DNA of 62,830 nt, counting the filler. It is 12 parts of 12 records of this genome, joined end to end, with 100 filler letters (N's around TTAATTAATTAA, not from the genome) between each part and the next. Parts side by side here need not be neighbours in the genome. Positions count along the whole stretch, not along the records: positions 55,579 to 59,210 come from SRR7504441_18023; positions 59,311 to 62,830 come from SRR7504441_18030; 10 more parts are not named here. One strand, written 5' to 3'. A program made the translations under genes and the position numbers. The notes under the pieces are model-generated. The model saw nothing but the letters and a program-made list of their open reading frames with translations, ran no database searches and had not been told where the DNA came from. Below are positions 58,960 to 62,830 of this stretch, piece by piece (the stretch's first letter is position 1; each line of letters begins with the position of its first letter).

Positions 58960-59210
58960 ATGAGCGGGGAGGAGGCGTCCGAGCTGCGGGCCCAGCTGCG
59001 GATGCTCTCGGCCCGGCTCCAGGCGGCCGAGTCCGGCGAGCGCTGCGCGGTGGCCGAGCTCGGCCTGATCCGGGAGGACGGGCCGCGGCTGCTCGCCTGC
59101 CGGGCCGAGCTGGCCCGGCTGGAGGAGCAGCTGACCGAGGCCCGGGCCGAGCTGCGCGAGGGCCAGAAGGCGGCCGCCCGGGCCGAGCTGCGCGGGCAGC
59201 GGGCGACGGC
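58960..59210 (+). CDS. Coiled-coil protein (3' partial)
   Basis: MSGEEASELRAQLRMLSARLQ... open to the contig end. Confidence 0.5.
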
Positions 59211-59310
59211 NNNNNNNNNNNNNNNNNNNNNNNNNNNNNNNNNNNNNNNNNNNNTTAATTAATTAANNNNNNNNNNNNNNNNNNNNNNNNNNNNNNNNNN
59301 NNNNNNNNNN
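59211..59310. other. Artificial contig spacer
   Basis: N44-TTAATTAATTAA-N44. Confidence 0.98.
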
Positions 59311-59382
59311 CCTGGGGTGCACCGGCAGCCGGCGGATGCAGACACCGAGCATGTGCTCGTCCAGCCGCGCCAGCAGGTCCAT
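59311..59382 (-). CDS. Possible gene start (F-box-like), 3' partial
   Basis: MDLLARLDEHMLGVCIRRLP, divergent from the 59430 gene. Confidence 0.3.
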
Positions 59383-59429
59383 CGCAGTGCAGATCGGGCC
59401 CCGTCAGCCGGCGCGGGAAGAGTTCATCG

Positions 59430-60703
59430 ATGCCGGGCAGCTCTCTGGCCTCGCTGCTGCGGGCAGCTGCAGAGTGGCGGGAGCGCCAGGCGGCCGAGCA
59501 GGAGCACGCTCGCGCCGAGGCCGATGCGCAGGAGGCTGAGCGCTGCCGGGCCGCCCAGGCGGCATCTGCGGCCCGGAAGGCGGCGCAGGACCCTCTCGGG
59601 CGGGCCCCTCGCTCTATGAAGCAATGGGACCAAGTCCTGTGCGATCTGGCAGAGCCCGAGCAGCCGGCCCGGCCCGACCCGCCCCCGGCCGCCCCGGCCG
59701 CCCCGCCGACCCCTCCACGGCGCCGCTGGGACCCTGGAATGATCCACGGCGCCCGCTGGGCCGGCGTGTGCAGACGGTTCAGTTCGGGTGCTAGATCTGA
59801 CCGGCCAGAGCCCACGGCGGCCGCGAAGGCCCCGGCAGCGCCCCGCCCGCCCCAGCCCACCGCCCACGGTGGGGAGGGGAAGCCGGCCGCGGTGGCAGCG
59901 CGCAGCAGCCCGCCCAGCGCGATGGGAATCGGCACCCCACCGGCGGCTCGCGGGTGCAGCTACTGCGGCAAGCGGCCTGAGAAGCTCAGCCGGTGCGCGC
60001 GCTGCCAGCAGGCGTTCTACTGCTCGCGAGAGTGTCAGAAGAGCGACCAGAAGCGCCACCGGCACTGGTGCAAGCAGCAGCAGCTCCGGAGGGAGTTCCG
60101 ATGCCGTCGGTGGGTGGTTCGAGGCGGCTGCTTGGAGGCTCTATGCCGGCCCGAGCCGGGGGCCGGGTCGGTGGAAGTACGTTGCCCCGGGGAGCCTGTC
60201 TGGGGGCGTGAGGCGGCGCCGGGATGGGTGCGGCTGAAGGCGGACGGAGTACTGGATCTCGAGGCGGAGGAAAGCGATAGATGGCTTCCGATAGAAGTGG
60301 AAGGCAGGGTAGTGCTGGAGGAGGCTGCGCTGCATCCGAGCCTGGAGCGGAACTCGGCGGTGAAGGAAGGGTGGGAGGTGGGCTGCCTGCGGCTGCGCGG
60401 GCGATGAGTGTGCGACAGATGTTGAGAGAAGACTTTGGAGCTCGAGACGACTGGGAGCATGCGTGCAGCTACGCCGCGACTGTGATGGCCGAGTGCGAGG
60501 AGAATGCGGCCACCGCCGCCTGGATGATCGAAGACAAGCTGCCGCACAATGGGCCTAAGTCGTACACGGATCGGCCGTACGCCAAGGAGCGGATGGAAAA
60601 GATTGAGCAAATGATGGGGTTCAGAGAGTTATGCCAGGAGGGCAGGCCGGCCGCGGCCGAGCTGATGTTCCGCCGGTGGGCGGCTAGCGTGGCCGGGTCC
60701 TGA
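59430..60703 (+). CDS. MYND zinc-finger protein with SH3b-like region, 1 intron near 60377
   Basis: CSYC...LSRCARCQQAFYCSRECQKSDQKRHRHWC; a GT..CAG intron joins to MLREDFG... ending at 60703. Confidence 0.75.
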
Positions 60704-61022
60704 TGGTTGGGGCAGCACGTTTGAGATGGGCATGGGGGACATGGGGGAGACCCTTATGGGCTAAGCCGGCGTGGGCTTCAAACTTGCTTCAACTAAGTTC
60801 GTCATCCAATTTCGCGAGATCGATTCAACAATGGTACAGCGGCAATACAACTACATGACAAAGATAATTAGACGCATGATTAAGTAGATGTCTTGAGGAA
60901 TTTTGCATAAAATGAGATGTTCTCGGTTCAATACAAGTTTATTCAACGAGTGAGCACTAACTCAAACAGGAACCAACGAGTAGTAATGTACACGGTGCTG
61001 TCAGCGCAGCCTCCCATCGGCC

Positions 61023-62516
61023 TCACATCACGGTCCCGGTATCAAATTCGGTAGTAAGCGCTTCCTCGGAGTCCGAATTTAAACATTTGTCCGTCTTCCT
61101 CGCCTTTGCCCGCGGCACCTCCTCGTCGCACTCTAGGTTGGGGTTGCGCCGGCGCAGCTTTGCGGTGGATTGCCTCCACACGCTGCACACGTCGGCGTAG
61201 CTTGATCCATCGTTTAGCACCGTGAACCAGAGCCCATCAAAACCGGATTGGCTCTGCTGATAACCGTACACTGGCGGCGCCCGGCGGGAGCAGTGGGTGG
61301 TGCGCAGGCTGTGCGTGTTGCCACCGGCCTCCTCGAGCACAATTATATCCCCAACTTCCACCTTGGGCAGCGTGATCCCGGACCGGACAATGTCTCCAGC
61401 GAAGCAGAGCGGGCCGGCGATGTCATGCTGGATCATCGGTCCCACCTTGGGCTTCCCGGCCGCGTCGTACACCTTGACCGGGTGCGCGGCGCGCATCTGC
61501 GGCGCGTAGCACGCTCGCATGAATTGCTCTGATCCGACGTGGATCATTGCTATGTTGCCCGTCTCTGTAGGCTTGGTCACCTCACACAGAGAGGCAAACA
61601 GCCCAAACCTGCAGTTGAGGGTGGCGCCCATCTCCGTCACCACCCGCCTGAACGTCCCGTCAAACAGCGACGGCGCCTTGGCTTTCAGCTCTGCGCTGTA
61701 TTGTTCAAATGTAGGGTTTTGCTCCTTGCCCCAGGACACTGGCAGCCCGCCGCCAATGTCAATAACTTCTATCGCACGCTTCCCCGGCCCGCGCAGCTTG
61801 TTTACTTCAAGCGCCAGGTGGGCGGCATTTGCGGCTCCCTCCGCCATCTGAGCGGTTGTCATCCCACCGCTGCCCGTGTGCACATGAATCGCGTTGATGA
61901 AGTCATTCGCCACCAGCGCCTTTATCACCGCGGCCCGGCGGTCGAGCAGCACCTCGCTCGTCTCGCCCGGACAGACCACCCCGAACTTGCTCCCGGAAGT
62001 GCTCACCGAAAGATTGGCCACCGCACCGGCTCCGACCAGCGGGTTAATCCTCAGTCCGATCACGCACCCGTCGCGGGCTTCCGGGGACATGTCAGCCCAG
62101 AGGGCCTGGACGCGGTCGAGCTCCTGCATGTTGTCCAGGTTGGTCATCACCTTGTTGGCCAGCGCGTGTTTGAGCTCCGGGATAGTCTTGCACGGGCAAT
62201 CGAACACCACATCCGGACCGGCGAACCCCATCTCCAGCGAGTGGATCACTTCACCGATCGAAGCGCACTCAGTCCCATGCCCTTGCGCTTGCGCGATCTT
62301 GAGCACCCCCGCGAGCGGGTTGGTCTTGACCGCGATGGCGTGGTGCCAGTGGCCCGGGAAGGCCTCCCGGAGCCGGCGCAGGTTGGACTTGTACCCGTCT
62401 AGGTCGTAAAAGTATCCGTACGGCTGGCTGTCGAGCTCGGTGGCCGGGACTAGCAGCCCGCGCTCGACCGCGCCTTGGATCACGCGGGATTGCTCTATCA
62501 GGTTGGTTGGTGCCAT
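61023..62516 (-). CDS. Group IV PLP-dependent decarboxylase, diaminopimelate decarboxylase-like (intronless)
   Basis: AVKTNP (PLP Lys), ECASIGE, GLRINP, SKFGV, HVHTGS, IDIGGG and IAGPLCFAGD. Confidence 0.85.
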   Translation of the reverse strand: MAPTNLIEQSRVIQGAVERGLLVPATELDSQPYGYFYDLDGYKSNLRRLREAFPGHWHHAIAVKTNPLAGVLKIAQAQGHGTECASIGEVIHSLEMGFAGPDVVFDCPCKTIPELKHALANKVMTNLDNMQELDRVQALWADMSPEARDGCVIGLRINPLVGAGAVANLSVSTSGSKFGVVCPGETSEVLLDRRAAVIKALVANDFINAIHVHTGSGGMTTAQMAEGAANAAHLALEVNKLRGPGKRAIEVIDIGGGLPVSWGKEQNPTFEQYSAELKAKAPSLFDGTFRRVVTEMGATLNCRFGLFASLCEVTKPTETGNIAMIHVGSEQFMRACYAPQMRAAHPVKVYDAAGKPKVGPMIQHDIAGPLCFAGDIVRSGITLPKVEVGDIIVLEEAGGNTHSLRTTHCSRRAPPVYGYQQSQSGFDGLWFTVLNDGSSYADVCSVWRQSTAKLRRRNPNLECDEEVPRAKARKTDKCLNSDSEEALTTEFDTGTVM

Positions 62517-62830
62517 GGAGACGGGATGATTGGAGAAGTCGACGCGTGGCAGCCACGCTGACTTTGTGTTACACTGCCTAATTGAGGAAAACCCTGCTCT
62601 GATCGGCTTTGAGTTTGTGGGTTCACAATGCCCCAAAAAAAAGTGCCGAGAACGCGTGTGCTAACCAGATTCGGCTCTGACAGGCTTGGACTGTTGCAGT
62701 GGCCAGGAAGAGCTATGGGTAGAGGCGATGAGTAAGTAACTGAGTAGTGACTCTAGCCACTAAGCGCCAGTGACTCTAGCAGCCTAGTAGATCCACTGAC
62801 CAGGGTTGGCCCATACGGCATACGGCACTA

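Noticed and set aside
62746-62780. Direct repeat AGTGACTCTAGC x2 (also AGACACCGTA x2 near 13885 and CCGGCACGCCTGTT x2 near 50883)
   Set aside because: Only two copies each, consistent with local slippage duplications; no array or associated genes.

Overview
This is eukaryotic (protist-like) nuclear DNA, not prokaryotic. The window is 12 separate contigs joined by artificial 100-bp spacers (N44-TTAATTAATTAA-N44), so adjacency across a spacer has no biological meaning. The genome is very compact and GC-rich, with about 45 genes. Most are split by spliceosomal micro-introns of mostly 35-46 nt, which the ORF track either reads through or breaks on. Of roughly 90 introns I resolved by hand, about 17 use a GC donor. 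Recognisable genes include ATG2, HYOU1/GRP170, PDIA6, POP4, BLOC1S2, ERV1, a PTEN homologue, TRMT61A, C2CD5, a TMTC O-mannosyltransferase, two P450s, a TPC/Cav-like channel, an MFS transporter, a nucleoside hydrolase and a divergent DAP-decarboxylase-family enzyme. The most striking higher-order pattern is a head-to-head gene architecture with only 25-175 bp between start codons. Most of these spacers carry a MYB-like CCGTT(A/G) motif, and the AT-rich 3' spacers carry palindromic TAATTA. Unusual proteins include a Stc1-like/C2H2 zinc finger-AKR fusion, a CYP74-like P450, a CYP7-like P450 with a PTS2-like leader, a HET/TIR-like-ankyrin protein and a DUF1295 protein with GCPLGF repeats. I found no tRNA, rRNA, CRISPR array or transposon. 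The lineage cannot be assigned without searches. CDS coordinates are multi-exon envelopes inferred manually.
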